Positions 1-8,897 are shown, counted from the first letter of the stretch. The stretch: 32,000 nt of DNA from Ktedonobacterales bacterium (GCA_030167145.1 CP126532.1:3990001-4022000), one strand, 5' to 3'. The notes: generated from the letters alone by a model not told the origin. Made by a program: numbers and translations.

Positions 1-1029
1 CCCGCAGGCGAGCACCAGCCCCACAGCCAGTGGTAGTAACACCGTGGCAACCGACTTGCCGATGGTGAGCCGGTGGCTGGCCGAGATAGCGAAGACCGAC
101 AGCACGATCTCATAGATGCCCAGTGCGAACGCAGCGATCCCACCGAGCACCGGAATCAAGCCCAGGATGGCAATCACCCCCTGGATCGGCACATAGAACA
201 GCATCAACGCATACGAATGGTGCAGAAATGTGCCAGTTCCGCCGAAGATTTTGGCGCAGAGAAACAATATCCCCGCGCCGATGAAGAATCCCAGTGGCAC
301 CCCGATAATGGATCCCCATCCTGCTGAGGCCGGGATGCGAATGGTGTTGGTAGCGCCATTCGCGCCAGGAACTTGGAATGTGGTCACAGTATAGAGCGCG
401 GCGATGCCACCCGTGATCGCGCTCAGCACTCCCAGGGCGATCACGCTGAGCCAGATGTCGCGCCAGTTCGCGGTTGGCAACTCATTCGCGAATGAGGCAA
501 CGCCGGGCTTGGTGGTGACGTTGAGCCACTTTTGCCAGATGCCGTTGAGTCCTGCCGGTTGTGGCGCGGCATAGGCCCCTCCCCCCGCTTGCGCACCGCC
601 ATACGCGCCATAGCCACCATAGCCGCCGTACGGAGCCGCGGGCGGTGGTGGCGGCGGGGCATACTGTTGCTGTGGATACGGGGGTTGCGCTGGTGGCGGA
701 TACTGCGGTTGCGCCTGCGCTGGCGGTGGATAGGGTGGCTGCGCCTGGGGTGGATAGCCCGGTTGTGGCTGGTAGCCCGGCGGCGGTGGATAGCTCGGCT
801 GCGCTGGTGGCGGTGGATACCCCGCCGCGCCCGCTGGTGGTGGATAGCTCGGCTGCGCTGGTGGTGGCGTGTTGGGTGCGCTCTCGCGCGGCGGATATTC
901 GGGCGGCTGTGCATGCTGCTGTGGCGCTCCCTGCGATGGCGTATCCGGCGCATCCAGTGTATCCGGGGGGTCTGGCGTGCCCGATGGATAATTGGGATCG
1001 CGCGGTGGCTGGGTCGGATCACTGCTCAT
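1..1029 (-). CDS. Yip1-domain polytopic membrane protein with a long Pro/Tyr/Gln-rich N-terminal region (3' end runs off the window)
   Basis: Absent from the ORF track because there is no stop in the window. Hand translation of the minus strand from ATG 1029..1027 gives MSSDPTQPPRDPNYPSGTPDPP..., then about 170 aa of PPAQPSYPPP-type repeats. This is followed by GLNGIWQKWLNVTTKPGVASFANELPTANWRDIWLSVIALGVLSAITGG... and further hydrophobic segments (IIGVPLGFFIGAGILFLCAKIFGG, LMLFYVPIQGVIAILGLIPVLGGIAAFALGIYEIVLSVFAI) typical of Yip1/DUF1282 proteins. The frame is open to base 1. Confidence 0.75.
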   Translation of the reverse strand, partial: MSSDPTQPPRDPNYPSGTPDPPDTLDAPDTPSQGAPQQHAQPPEYPPRESAPNTPPPAQPSYPPPAGAAGYPPPPAQPSYPPPPGYQPQPGYPPQAQPPYPPPAQAQPQYPPPAQPPYPQQQYAPPPPPPAAPYGGYGGYGAYGGAQAGGGAYAAPQPAGLNGIWQKWLNVTTKPGVASFANELPTANWRDIWLSVIALGVLSAITGGIAALYTVTTFQVPGANGATNTIRIPASAGWGSIIGVPLGFFIGAGILFLCAKIFGGTGTFLHHSYALMLFYVPIQGVIAILGLIPVLGGIAAFALGIYEIVLSVFAISASHRLTIGKSVATVLLPLAVGLVLACG

Positions 1030-1249
1030 GGAAACTCTCCCCTCCTGGGTAGACTGCTGCTGTTCAGCATCTCTGCACGGCAAAGATGAGCGACAGCGCC
1101 TCATGCGGTCCTCTACACTACATATGTCGTGCCATCGCATGGCTGGCATGGCCCCTTCACTCCCCGCAGCGCCACCGATGGAACACAGCACGACACCCTC
1201 GCGTGCTAAGATGCAGAGAGAGACATTGCACATAGAGGAGCTTCACACG

Positions 1250-2098
1250 ATGCCCAACCCACCATCCTTGCCCACGCCGTCATTTGGCGCGCTGCTCCGC
1301 CAATATCGCCTGTCGCGCGGGCTGAGTGTCGAGCAGGTCGCCGAAGCGGCTCAGCTTGCGCCCAGTGTCATCCGCACGATGGAGGGTGGCCAGCGCATCG
1401 CCCCGCCGCATGCGTCTATTGAGAAACTGGCGGAACTGCTGCAACTGAGCAAGAACGAACGCCTGATGTTTACGCTTGCGGCGACCATGGATTCGCCTAT
1501 CATGTCAGCCTGGTTGCAGCCTTCCACCGCACCCAAGTTGCCGCCGCTTACCGCTGCTATCCTGGCGTTCCTCATCGCCGATGTGCGGGGCTATACCCAT
1601 TTCACGCAGGATCAGGGTGACGCGGCAGCCGCGCGGCTGACCACCAAATTCGCCGATCTGACACGCAGTGTGGTCGAACGTTGGGATGGGCGGCTGGTCG
1701 AGCTACGCGGCGACGAGGCGTTGGTGGTCTTCGGCTCGGCTCGTCAGGCGCTTCAAGCCGCGCTAGAGATGCAGGATCGCTTCGTCGAGGCGACCAATGC
1801 TGATCCTGATCTGCCCCTGGCGGTGGGCATCGGCATAGATGTAGGCGAAGCGGTGGCGTTGGAGGAGGGCTATCGCGGCGCGGCGCTCAATCGCGCAGCG
1901 CGACTGTGCAGCATGGCGGGCGCGGGCGATGTGCTGGTGACGACTGGGCTGGCCTACGTCGCGCCGAAGGTGGATGGTATAGATTACCTGGGACGTGGGC
2001 GTGTCTCGCTGAAGGGCTTCACCGAGCCGGTAGACGTGCTTGCGGTGACGCCCGCGCCAATCCTCATGATTGAGGCACCCGAAAGAGAGAGCCAGTGA
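1250..2098 (+). CDS. HTH_XRE domain fused to a class III adenylate/guanylate cyclase catalytic domain
   Basis: ORF 992..2098. The N-terminal part is FGALLRQYRLSRGLSVEQVAEAAQLAPSVIRTMEGGQR, an XRE-type helix-turn-helix. The C-terminal part carries cyclase motifs: FLIADVRGYT (metal Asp), VELRGDEALVVF (second metal Asp) and YRGAALNRAARL (transition-state Asn/Arg). The preferred start is ATG 1250, with GAGGAG 10 nt upstream. ATG 1211 or the listed start at 992 remain possible. Confidence 0.85.
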   Translation: MPNPPSLPTPSFGALLRQYRLSRGLSVEQVAEAAQLAPSVIRTMEGGQRIAPPHASIEKLAELLQLSKNERLMFTLAATMDSPIMSAWLQPSTAPKLPPLTAAILAFLIADVRGYTHFTQDQGDAAAARLTTKFADLTRSVVERWDGRLVELRGDEALVVFGSARQALQAALEMQDRFVEATNADPDLPLAVGIGIDVGEAVALEEGYRGAALNRAARLCSMAGAGDVLVTTGLAYVAPKVDGIDYLGRGRVSLKGFTEPVDVLAVTPAPILMIEAPERESQ

Positions 2099-2101
2099 TT
2101 T

Positions 2102-3532
2102 TTAGTTGGCGCTGGTCTCTGCCTCCGCTATCACGGGCGCAGCTTCTTCGTGTGTTCGCCGTGTCTCACGCACTTTGAGGATGAACGCCGCGCCCAGCAC
2201 CAGAAAGAGCGTCGCCAGCCCGAAGACCGCGCGATAGCCCAGCGCCGTTTCGCCGAAGCGGTCGGCGGCGAAGATCACCACGCTGCCCAGCATCGGCGCC
2301 AGGATGCCCGGCAACGTGGAGGCAGTGCTCCACAAGCCGAGATCTTTGCCCGCCTCGCTCCGCGACGGCAGCGCGTCTATTGCCAGCGCCACATCCACAC
2401 TCATGTACGCGCCGTAGCCCAGGCCGAAGAGGATGCCGAGCGGCCACAGCGGAATCTGCCCCGGCGCGACGACGAAGGCCAGCGCCGCCAGCGCCATGCA
2501 GGCCGACGCCCCGAAGACGATGGGCACGCGCCGGCGCATACGGTCTGAGAGCGCGCCTAGCAGCAGCGTGCTTGCCACCGCGCCCAGCAGCGCCATGATC
2601 GCGTTGATCGCCGTCGCCTGCACGAAGTTCGTTAGATGCGCGACCCGCGCGAAGTAGTATTCGATATACGTCATGAATAGGGCCAGCCCCAGCATGACGA
2701 AGCCGCGCGTCAGAAAGACCCAGGTGAAGTTGGCATGCCGCCAGGGCGCGAGCCACATGCGCGCCAGCCGTTCGCGCCGGGTGGAAGTATCCTCGTTTGT
2801 CTTCGCGGCGTGGTGATGCGGCAGATGCAGCGGGAAATGCGGCGTCTCGCGCACACCAACGAATGTCACCACGATGCCCCCGAGCAGCACAAGCGCTCCC
2901 AGCCCATAAAACAGCGCCGCGCCGTGCGCCGTAGCCAACCCTGCCGCTGCGGAGCCGTGTCCGCCGCCTTGCCCCAGCAGCAGCGAGGCCACTGCCAGGC
3001 TGCCGACTGTGCCGAGCAATGTCATCAGCCCGACATACCCCGATGCGACGCCGCGCTGTTCGGCGGGCACGCGGTCCGGCACGAGACCCTGGAACGCTGC
3101 GCCACTGACGGTATTCGCCACGACAACGAGGAACAGTCCCGCCACATAGAGCGCCATATTGTGCGTTGCTGCTAGCAGCGTCAGTCCGCCCAGCATAATC
3201 ACGCCGCCCCCCAGCACATACGGGCGCCGCCGCCCTAATCGGCTGCGCGTGCGATCCGAGAGCGCGCCCGCCACGGGCTGGATGATCACCGCCGTGACCG
3301 CACCCAGCGCCGCCAGCCCGCCAAGGAAGAGCGCCTGCTGTGCGTTGCCCGCCGCTCCGGGAGCGATGAACAGCACGATCTGCGCGGGTATCACGATGGG
3401 CAGCAGCGCGGCGAAGGTGAAATTGAGGGCGAACCAGAGAAAACTGAGGCCGAGTAGCTCGCGGCGGGAGAGCAGCGCCGGGCGGTCCTGCGTGAGGACG
3501 GCGGGCGCTTCTTGACGTATCTGCACCAGCAA
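2102..3532 (-). CDS. MFS transporter, GPH/glycoside-cation symporter-like
   Basis: ORF 2102..3790. It has about 12 hydrophobic segments. The loop motif is duplicated: GALSDRTRSRLGRRRPY and GALSDRMRRRVP. The first ~86 codons of the listed ORF are W/C-rich with poor GC3. GGAGG at 3545..3541 lies 8 nt upstream of the in-frame TTG at 3532; GTG 3526 is an alternative start. The gene is divergent from the beta-glucuronidase gene. Confidence 0.85.
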   Translation of the reverse strand: MLVQIRQEAPAVLTQDRPALLSRRELLGLSFLWFALNFTFAALLPIVIPAQIVLFIAPGAAGNAQQALFLGGLAALGAVTAVIIQPVAGALSDRTRSRLGRRRPYVLGGGVIMLGGLTLLAATHNMALYVAGLFLVVVANTVSGAAFQGLVPDRVPAEQRGVASGYVGLMTLLGTVGSLAVASLLLGQGGGHGSAAAGLATAHGAALFYGLGALVLLGGIVVTFVGVRETPHFPLHLPHHHAAKTNEDTSTRRERLARMWLAPWRHANFTWVFLTRGFVMLGLALFMTYIEYYFARVAHLTNFVQATAINAIMALLGAVASTLLLGALSDRMRRRVPIVFGASACMALAALAFVVAPGQIPLWPLGILFGLGYGAYMSVDVALAIDALPSRSEAGKDLGLWSTASTLPGILAPMLGSVVIFAADRFGETALGYRAVFGLATLFLVLGAAFILKVRETRRTHEEAAPVIAEAETSAN

Positions 3533-4132
3533 GGATGAAACCTCCAGGAACGTTGTCGTCAATTGCCCATCACGTCCGCGCGGCGCAGCCTCTTCCGCGA
3601 GGGGAGCCACCGAGCGCGCATATGAGCAAGGCAACGGAGCGAGAAGGCACTGCCTTGCCACCTGGGGCAGCCAGGGAACCTTCCATGAGGAAACCGCTGG
3701 TGTGTGGTCACATCGCTCCCATCCTGGGGCATCCACATCTACCACCACGGCCCTTCCATCTGCCCACAGTATAGATGACATAACGCTCAATGACCAACGT
3801 TCTCACCCGAATGGCTGCGGCGCGAGCGCGAGCGTGTGATACTAATTCCGCCTGAATTGTTGTCATGTGCGCTCTCGGCCTTGAACGGCCGGAGCTCGGT
3901 GCAATCGGGCCAGAAGCCCCTGTATACTCCAACTATCCAGCGCAAATTGCTATTATCACTCGGAAGTAGTAAAACTCACGGTAGCGATAGGGGAGGCGAA
4001 CGCGGCGACTCGGCAAGATGGCGGCGATGGCGGAGCGGCAATACCTGTAGCGGGTCGAGTGTCACTGTGCGCATGCGTATTGCCTGCCCGCCCAGAACTC
4101 CTGTCAGTCTGCTTTGAGATACGGGGTTGATT

Positions 4133-5944
4133 ATGCTCTATCCTCTCATGACATCCACCCGAACACTTGTAGACCTGGGTGGCATCTGGGATTTCAAGCT
4201 GGATCACGGCGCAGGATTTGAGGAGGCCTGGTATGCGCTTCCGCTCCAGGAAACGGCGCCGATGGCTGTTCCAGCGTCCTTCAACGATCTCGTCGTTGGC
4301 GCAGACATCCGCGATCATATTGGGTGGGTGTGGTACGAGCGGGAGCTTGTCATCCCGGCGCGCTTTTTCGATCAACGCATCTGGCTCCGCTTTGGCTCAG
4401 TGACCCACACGGCGAAGGTCTACGTCAATGGACAACTCGCCGCCGAGCATAAGGGAGGGTTCACCCCGTTCGAGGTCGAGATCACTGCTCTCGCCAATGC
4501 GGGCAAGAACCGCCTGACGGTCGCCGTGAACAATATCCTCGACTACACGACACTACCGGTGGGAACCTACCGTGAGGATGTCGTTCTTGGTCAGGGAATG
4601 GTCGCATCGGATGCGCCAAACTTTGACTTTTTCAACTATGCTGGCATCCAGCGTCCCGTCAAGCTGTACACGACCCCGCGCGCCTATATTCGCGATATCA
4701 CCATCACCACAAATCTGGCGGGCGACACAGCGCAGGTCAACTATTCGGTCGAGGTCGCGGGTGATGCGCAAGAAGCGCTGGAGGCGCGTGTCACCATCCA
4801 GGATGCGCGGGGCGATACCGTCACCAGCGGGCGTGGAGCAACAGGTCAACTCGCCATCGAGCATGCGCATCTCTGGCAGCCACTCCACGCCTATCTCTAC
4901 ACGTGTGTCGTTGAGTTGTGGCGGCACGACCAGCTTCTGGACACCTATGAGCAGCCGTTTGGTGTGCGCACAGTCGCGGTCAGCGATGGCAAATTCCTCA
5001 TCAATGGGCGCCCGTTTTACTTCAAGGGCTTTGGCAAGCACGAGGACTCCTATATTCATGGCCGCGGGTTCGACGAAGCGCTCAATGTGAAAGACCTCAA
5101 TCTGCTTCGGTGGATCGGCGCCAACGCATTTCGCACTTCCCACTATCCCTATTCGGAGGAGTTGATGCGCCTGGCGGACCGCGAAGGATTCGTGGTGATT
5201 GACGAGGTTCCAGCAGTCGGTCTGAATCTGAACTTCGGTGGCCTTATGAGCGGCGACACGCAGCCACACGCGACCTGGGCGGAGATTCGCACGCAGGAAC
5301 AGCATGCCCAGGCGATTCGCGAACTCATCGCCCGCGACAAGAACCATCCAAGTGTCGTGATGTGGTCTATCGCGAACGAGCCAGCTTCGGATGAGGAAGG
5401 CGCGCATGAGTACTTTGCGCCGCTGGCGCAGATGACGCGCGAGCTTGATCCGCAGAAGCGCCCCATTACGATTGCGACGGTCATGACGGTGACGCCTGAC
5501 TCCTGCCGCGTGACCGATCTCGTGGATGTGGTGGCGCTCAATCGCTACTACGGCTGGTACACCCAGGGCGGCCAACTGGACGTGGCGAAAGCGCGACTGC
5601 GCGCGGAGTTGACGCGCTGGACAGAGGTGGCTCCAAACAAGCCGATCATCTTCACCGAGTACGGGGCCGACACCATCGCGGGCCTACACGATAGTACCCC
5701 CGTGATGTTCACTGAGGAATATCAGGTAGCTTTCCTGAAGGCCAATCACGAGGTAGTGGATGGGATTCCAACGTTCGTCGGCGAACTGGTCTGGAACTTC
5801 GCCGATTTCCAGACCAGCCAGAATTTCTTGCGTGTGCAGGGAAATAAGAAGGGTGTGTTCACCCGCGCCCGCGAGCCGAAGATGGCTGCGTATGCGCTGC
5901 GCGAGCGCTGGACGAGCATTCCAGACTTCGGCTACAAAGGCTAA
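4133..5944 (+). CDS. uidA: beta-glucuronidase (glycoside hydrolase family 2)
   Basis: The product is colinear with E. coli UidA as I remember it: [31 protein letters not shown] (acid/base Glu), [17 protein letters not shown] (nucleophile Glu), VWNFADF and [11 protein letters not shown] (the N-x-K glucuronate-recognition motif). The start is ATG 4133; the track's 4127 is a TTG two codons upstream. Confidence 0.95.
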   Translation: MLYPLMTSTRTLVDLGGIWDFKLDHGAGFEEAWYALPLQETAPMAVPASFNDLVVGADIRDHIGWVWYERELVIPARFFDQRIWLRFGSVTHTAKVYVNGQLAAEHKGGFTPFEVEITALANAGKNRLTVAVNNILDYTTLPVGTYREDVVLGQGMVASDAPNFDFFNYAGIQRPVKLYTTPRAYIRDITITTNLAGDTAQVNYSVEVAGDAQEALEARVTIQDARGDTVTSGRGATGQLAIEHAHLWQPLHAYLYTCVVELWRHDQLLDTYEQPFGVRTVAVSDGKFLINGRPFYFKGFGKHEDSYIHGRGFDEALNVKDLNLLRWIGANAFRTSHYPYSEELMRLADREGFVVIDEVPAVGLNLNFGGLMSGDTQPHATWAEIRTQEQHAQAIRELIARDKNHPSVVMWSIANEPASDEEGAHEYFAPLAQMTRELDPQKRPITIATVMTVTPDSCRVTDLVDVVALNRYYGWYTQGGQLDVAKARLRAELTRWTEVAPNKPIIFTEYGADTIAGLHDSTPVMFTEEYQVAFLKANHEVVDGIPTFVGELVWNFADFQTSQNFLRVQGNKKGVFTRAREPKMAAYALRERWTSIPDFGYKG

Positions 5945-6378
5945 GAACCTATCCGGCTGGGTGGTTGGCGCTGGGGGCGCACCCTCACCCCAACGCCTAT
6001 TACTAAGTCCGTCGAGGTCCTTGTCGTTTCCTGGTGCGCCGAGGCCACCAGGGGAAGAGCATTGCGGAGCGCATGCGCCCCGGCCGCTGTTGGAGTTCTA
6101 CGCAGCGCGCCGGCTGGACGTCCTCTCATTCCTCGATGTCACGGAAATGGCAGTTGAGCAGCGGCCCATCCGAGAACTGCCAGAGATGTTCGCCCACTGC
6201 TCACCTGCGCCTCCAGAAAGGCATCGGCAACCGCACGGCTTAGAAGGTGGATGCATCTCACGTCTCAAGAATACAATAAACTCACCGGATTCGTTGTGAG
6301 ACACTGGCGTACATCTACGTAGAGGATGCAGGTGTGGAGGACGATGCGCCGCTCGCGTGCGGAGAAGGGAAGAACATC

Positions 6379-6657
6379 ATGCCGGTCTATACGATTCTCA
6401 GCGTGGATGTGCAGCCGCCCTGTGCTGCCGGTCAGCGCCACCTCGCGCGGGCTAGTCTCTTTGTGGATGGCGGCGCGGCTGGTATCGCGCCCATCGCACA
6501 ACTGCTGACGATGATTGACGCTAGCGACCGCTTCGTCGTCGGCCCCATCGCGCGCCCCGAAGCGCAGGTGGCGGCGACCTTCCCCCTATGCGCCTGTGGC
6601 AACGGCCACCTGCTCGCGCCAGCGGGCAGCGTGGACGAATATCCCGCGCGTGGGTAG
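6379..6657 (+). CDS. small hypothetical protein (weakly DUF3892-like)
   Basis: This is the internal ATG of ORF 6334..6657, preceded by GAGAAGGGAAG. The product is MPVYTILSVDVQPP...DRFVVGPIARPEAQVAATFPLCACGNGHLLAPAGSVDEYPARG. The layout loosely recalls DUF3892. No firm motif is present. Confidence 0.4.
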   Translation: MPVYTILSVDVQPPCAAGQRHLARASLFVDGGAAGIAPIAQLLTMIDASDRFVVGPIARPEAQVAATFPLCACGNGHLLAPAGSVDEYPARG

Positions 6658-6896
6658 AACTGAGAACAGTGCATCTATCGCGGATCAATATTCTGGAACG
6701 TCTGCAAATGTGCGCAGGGGATGCACTCGGCAGAGCGCGGCGGCACGGGTGAGAATCGGACAATTCACCACCACGACGGCATACTGGCGTGCGACATGAT
6801 CTTCGAATTCAGCGATGAGGCGGTCACGACGAGCAACACTGATACGTTTCGGAGTCATGCGAGCCATGCGGGAGAGCGACGCTAGAACCTCGACTC

Positions 6897-7757
6897 TTAG
6901 CTATGCGAATGAGACCTATCAGCCTGCACATCTTTGCGGGTGAGCGTCAGATAGCCGACGACGCCGACGATCAAAATGGTCAAGACCAAACTCACCAGCC
7001 CGTCGCCAAAATTCAGACCATGCACGCTCTTTGGCTTTCCCATCCAGTCAGCAAACGAAGCCCCAAGGGGGCGGGTCACGATATAGGCAAGCCAGAAAGC
7101 GACCAGCGCGTTCAGTCTCAACAGCCCGTAGGCCAGCGCGGGCAGCGCGAACAATGCGGTAAACAGCAGTCCCGATGTGAAAAAGCCCAGGCGCAATGTA
7201 TATGCCGTCATATCACCGGCGGCGGTGCCCAGTGCGAATGTAGCCATGACGGTAGCCCAGTAGAACACTTCGCGGCGCGGCGTATTGATGCTGTGAATGG
7301 AGAGCGTTTTCTCGGTGAGATACCAGATTGCGAAGATGACCACCAGGCAGGCTGCAAAGAATATGGTGGATACGAGATATGCGACAGTGGGACCCAGCAA
7401 CGGACTGAGCAGCACGATATGGACGACATCGGCTGCCATCGTGCCGAAGATCGCGACCATCACCACCGCCAGCCAGTAGACCCACGCGATATACCGGCGC
7501 ACCCGAAACTGGAGGATCAGCGCGATAGCCAGACCAATGCCGCCGAGCACGACCGCGAGATAGGGATTGATCTGATAGACCAGATAATCTGACGTTGACT
7601 CGCCTAGCGCGGTGCTCAGCAATTTCGCGATCCAGAAGAATATGGTAATCTCCGGGACCTTCCTTGCGACGTTGAGCGCACGATCCAGCGTTTGAGCAGT
7701 AGTGCCGCGAGCACTGAAACCCACATTGAGTTGGCGGTTGGGGATAGTCCGTCCCAT
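6897..7757 (-). CDS. integral membrane protein, COG4705-like (uncharacterised membrane-anchored protein family)
   Basis: ORF of 286 aa. It has the N-terminal motif KVPEITIFFWIAKLLSTALGESTSDYLV followed by about 7 hydrophobic segments. GGGAGAAGAAG lies upstream of ATG 7757. Confidence 0.8.
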   Translation of the reverse strand: MGRTIPNRQLNVGFSARGTTAQTLDRALNVARKVPEITIFFWIAKLLSTALGESTSDYLVYQINPYLAVVLGGIGLAIALILQFRVRRYIAWVYWLAVVMVAIFGTMAADVVHIVLLSPLLGPTVAYLVSTIFFAACLVVIFAIWYLTEKTLSIHSINTPRREVFYWATVMATFALGTAAGDMTAYTLRLGFFTSGLLFTALFALPALAYGLLRLNALVAFWLAYIVTRPLGASFADWMGKPKSVHGLNFGDGLVSLVLTILIVGVVGYLTLTRKDVQADRSHSHS

Positions 7758-8042
7758 CTGCTTCTTCTCCCATCTACTGCACGCGCTGGTTTAGCTCCGG
7801 CATATCTACGCAATATGGCTGAACCTCACTGTAGGCGAACGGTTCCGGATGGTCAATATTGCATGGTACTTTGCTCTGTCTGCCTCAGCCCTTTTGCTCA
7901 ACGTTGTAACGACGCGGGGTTCGTTCAGGCTGGCGCAGCATGTGATGGGGCATGAAATGAGGTGTTTCGGCGTACTTCCCAACGAGGAGGTAGTGAGCTA
8001 GCGGCAGAAAAAGCAACTATGATCGCCTAGCTTATATGTGCT

Positions 8043-8315
8043 CTATGGCAATTGGTCAAGCAGTTTATCATATTCCGCATGTGCTCCAATCCAAAACCAG
8101 AGCCAATGTTCGGACTTGCGGACCGCCAGAGCGCGATAATGAATGCCGATACGGGCAGAATACGTTGGGCCCTCCTTGCTAACCTGCTTGAAGTCCAGAC
8201 CAGGACGCGCGGGGTTTGCTTTGAACAAGCGATAGGCGTTGTTAGCTTGTTGCCGCACCCTGTCAGGCAACGCCAGAAATCGCACCTGAAACTGTTTGGT
8301 GCGCCGCGATTTCAC
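8043..8315 (-). CDS. type II toxin, RelE/ParE superfamily
   Basis: 90 aa: KQFQVRFLALPDRVRQQANNAYRLFKANPARPGLDFKQV...YSARIGIHYRALAV...WLWFWIGAHAEYDKLL. This is the characteristic pattern of this toxin family. The GTG start at 8315 overlaps the upstream stop as GTGA. Confidence 0.85.
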   Translation of the reverse strand: MKSRRTKQFQVRFLALPDRVRQQANNAYRLFKANPARPGLDFKQVSKEGPTYSARIGIHYRALAVRKSEHWLWFWIGAHAEYDKLLDQLP

Positions 8316-8569
8316 GCGAACGTGTCTCCGGTGATCTCCTCGGTTTCGCCCGCGTCATCTTCGGCTATAGCTTCAGCAACCAGTTTTTCCAGCAGTTGGT
8401 CAGAGCGCGGGTCGGTGAAGAGCGCGTCCCAGCGGTCTTCTGACTGCATCTCCTCTAAGAGAAGCTGTGCCAGGAGTTCTTGTTCAGCTTCCGGGCGCTG
8501 CTCAGCCAGTGCAAACGCCTGTTTGAGTCGCTCGATCATAGAAAATATGCCTGCTTTCTCCACTACCAT
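8312..8569 (-). CDS. cognate acidic antitoxin (small helical protein)
   Basis: This is the internal start of ORF 8312..8845. The product is MVVEKAGIFSMIERLKQAFALAEQRPEAEQELLAQLLLEEMQSEDRWDALFTDPRSDQLLEKLVAEAIAEDDAGETEEI, the usual partner type of the toxin above. ATG 8539 is an alternative start. The longer listed ORF reads through the tRNA gene, so I reject it. Confidence 0.7.
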   Translation of the reverse strand: MVVEKAGIFSMIERLKQAFALAEQRPEAEQELLAQLLLEEMQSEDRWDALFTDPRSDQLLEKLVAEAIAEDDAGETEEITGDTFA

Positions 8570-8694
8570 TTGATATTGACGCCTGTAGTATATGCCAAAT
8601 GCTTCCAGGTAGCGAGGAGTAGTGATATGCTCAAAACGCGAATGCCCTGAGCGCCGATTCTTGGGGCACTCAGGGCACTGGCATGATGTATGGG

Positions 8695-8768
8695 GGTGAC
8701 CGACGGGGCTTGAACCCGCGACCTCCAGAGCCACAATCTGGCGCTCTGCCGGCTGAGCTACGGTCACC
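8695..8768 (-). tRNA. tRNA-His (anticodon GUG)
   Basis: Folded by hand on the minus strand: G(-1) GTGACCG TA GCTC AGCCGGCA GAGC G CCAGA TTGTGGC TCTGG AGGTC GCGGG TTCAAGC CCCGT CGGTCAC C. The acceptor, D, anticodon and T stems all pair, with one G-U in the T stem. The extra G-1:C73 pair is the His identity element. The 3' flank reads CCC, so CCA is not fully encoded. Confidence 0.9.
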
Positions 8769-8781
8769 ATACGGCCACCCC

Positions 8782-8811
8782 AGTATAGCCCGCGCGGTGG
8801 CCCAATGTCAA
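8782..8811 (-). promoter_or_regulatory. sigma70-type promoter for tRNA-His
   Basis: The minus strand reads TTGACA (8811..8806), 18 nt, TATACT (8787..8782). The -10 element ends 13 nt before the tRNA 5' end. Confidence 0.45.
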
Positions 8812-8897
8812 CGTCGCGCGTCAAGCGGGCAGACGCATCCTTCATGCTACACTAGCGACATGAATGGTGGTGGGCTGGCACGTGCGAGGTATGCGCC

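Noticed and set aside
441-1089. Three long ORFs (441..1022 minus, 532..1089 plus, 561..1052 plus) over the same interval
   Set aside because: They are Arg/Trp/His-rich or Ala/Val-rich readings of the repeat DNA that encodes the Pro-rich N-terminus of the Yip1-type gene, in the wrong frame or on the wrong strand. The frame starting at ATG 1029 gives a sensible membrane protein.
3533-3790. Upstream 86 codons of the MFS ORF 2102..3790
   Set aside because: Its composition is W/C-rich and its GC3 is low compared with the rest of the gene. A GGAGG sits correctly spaced before the in-frame TTG at 3532.
4553-5575. 340-aa minus-strand ORF inside uidA, and other ORFs overlapping uidA
   Set aside because: It is antisense to a gene with unambiguous GH2 beta-glucuronidase motifs. 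The product is Arg/His-rich with no motif.
6878-6900. Partial similarity (gctagaacctcgactcttag) to the T-arm region of tRNA-His, considered as an att-type direct repeat
   Set aside because: It matches only about 14 of 22 positions with a gap. It overlaps the 3' end of the COG4705 gene and does not cover the tRNA 3' terminus. This is consistent with chance.
8570-8845. N-terminal extension of ORF 8312..8845 (177 aa)
   Set aside because: The extension reads straight through the tRNA-His gene (8695-8768) and its promoter. The antitoxin-like sequence starts only at the internal Met at 8569 or 8539.
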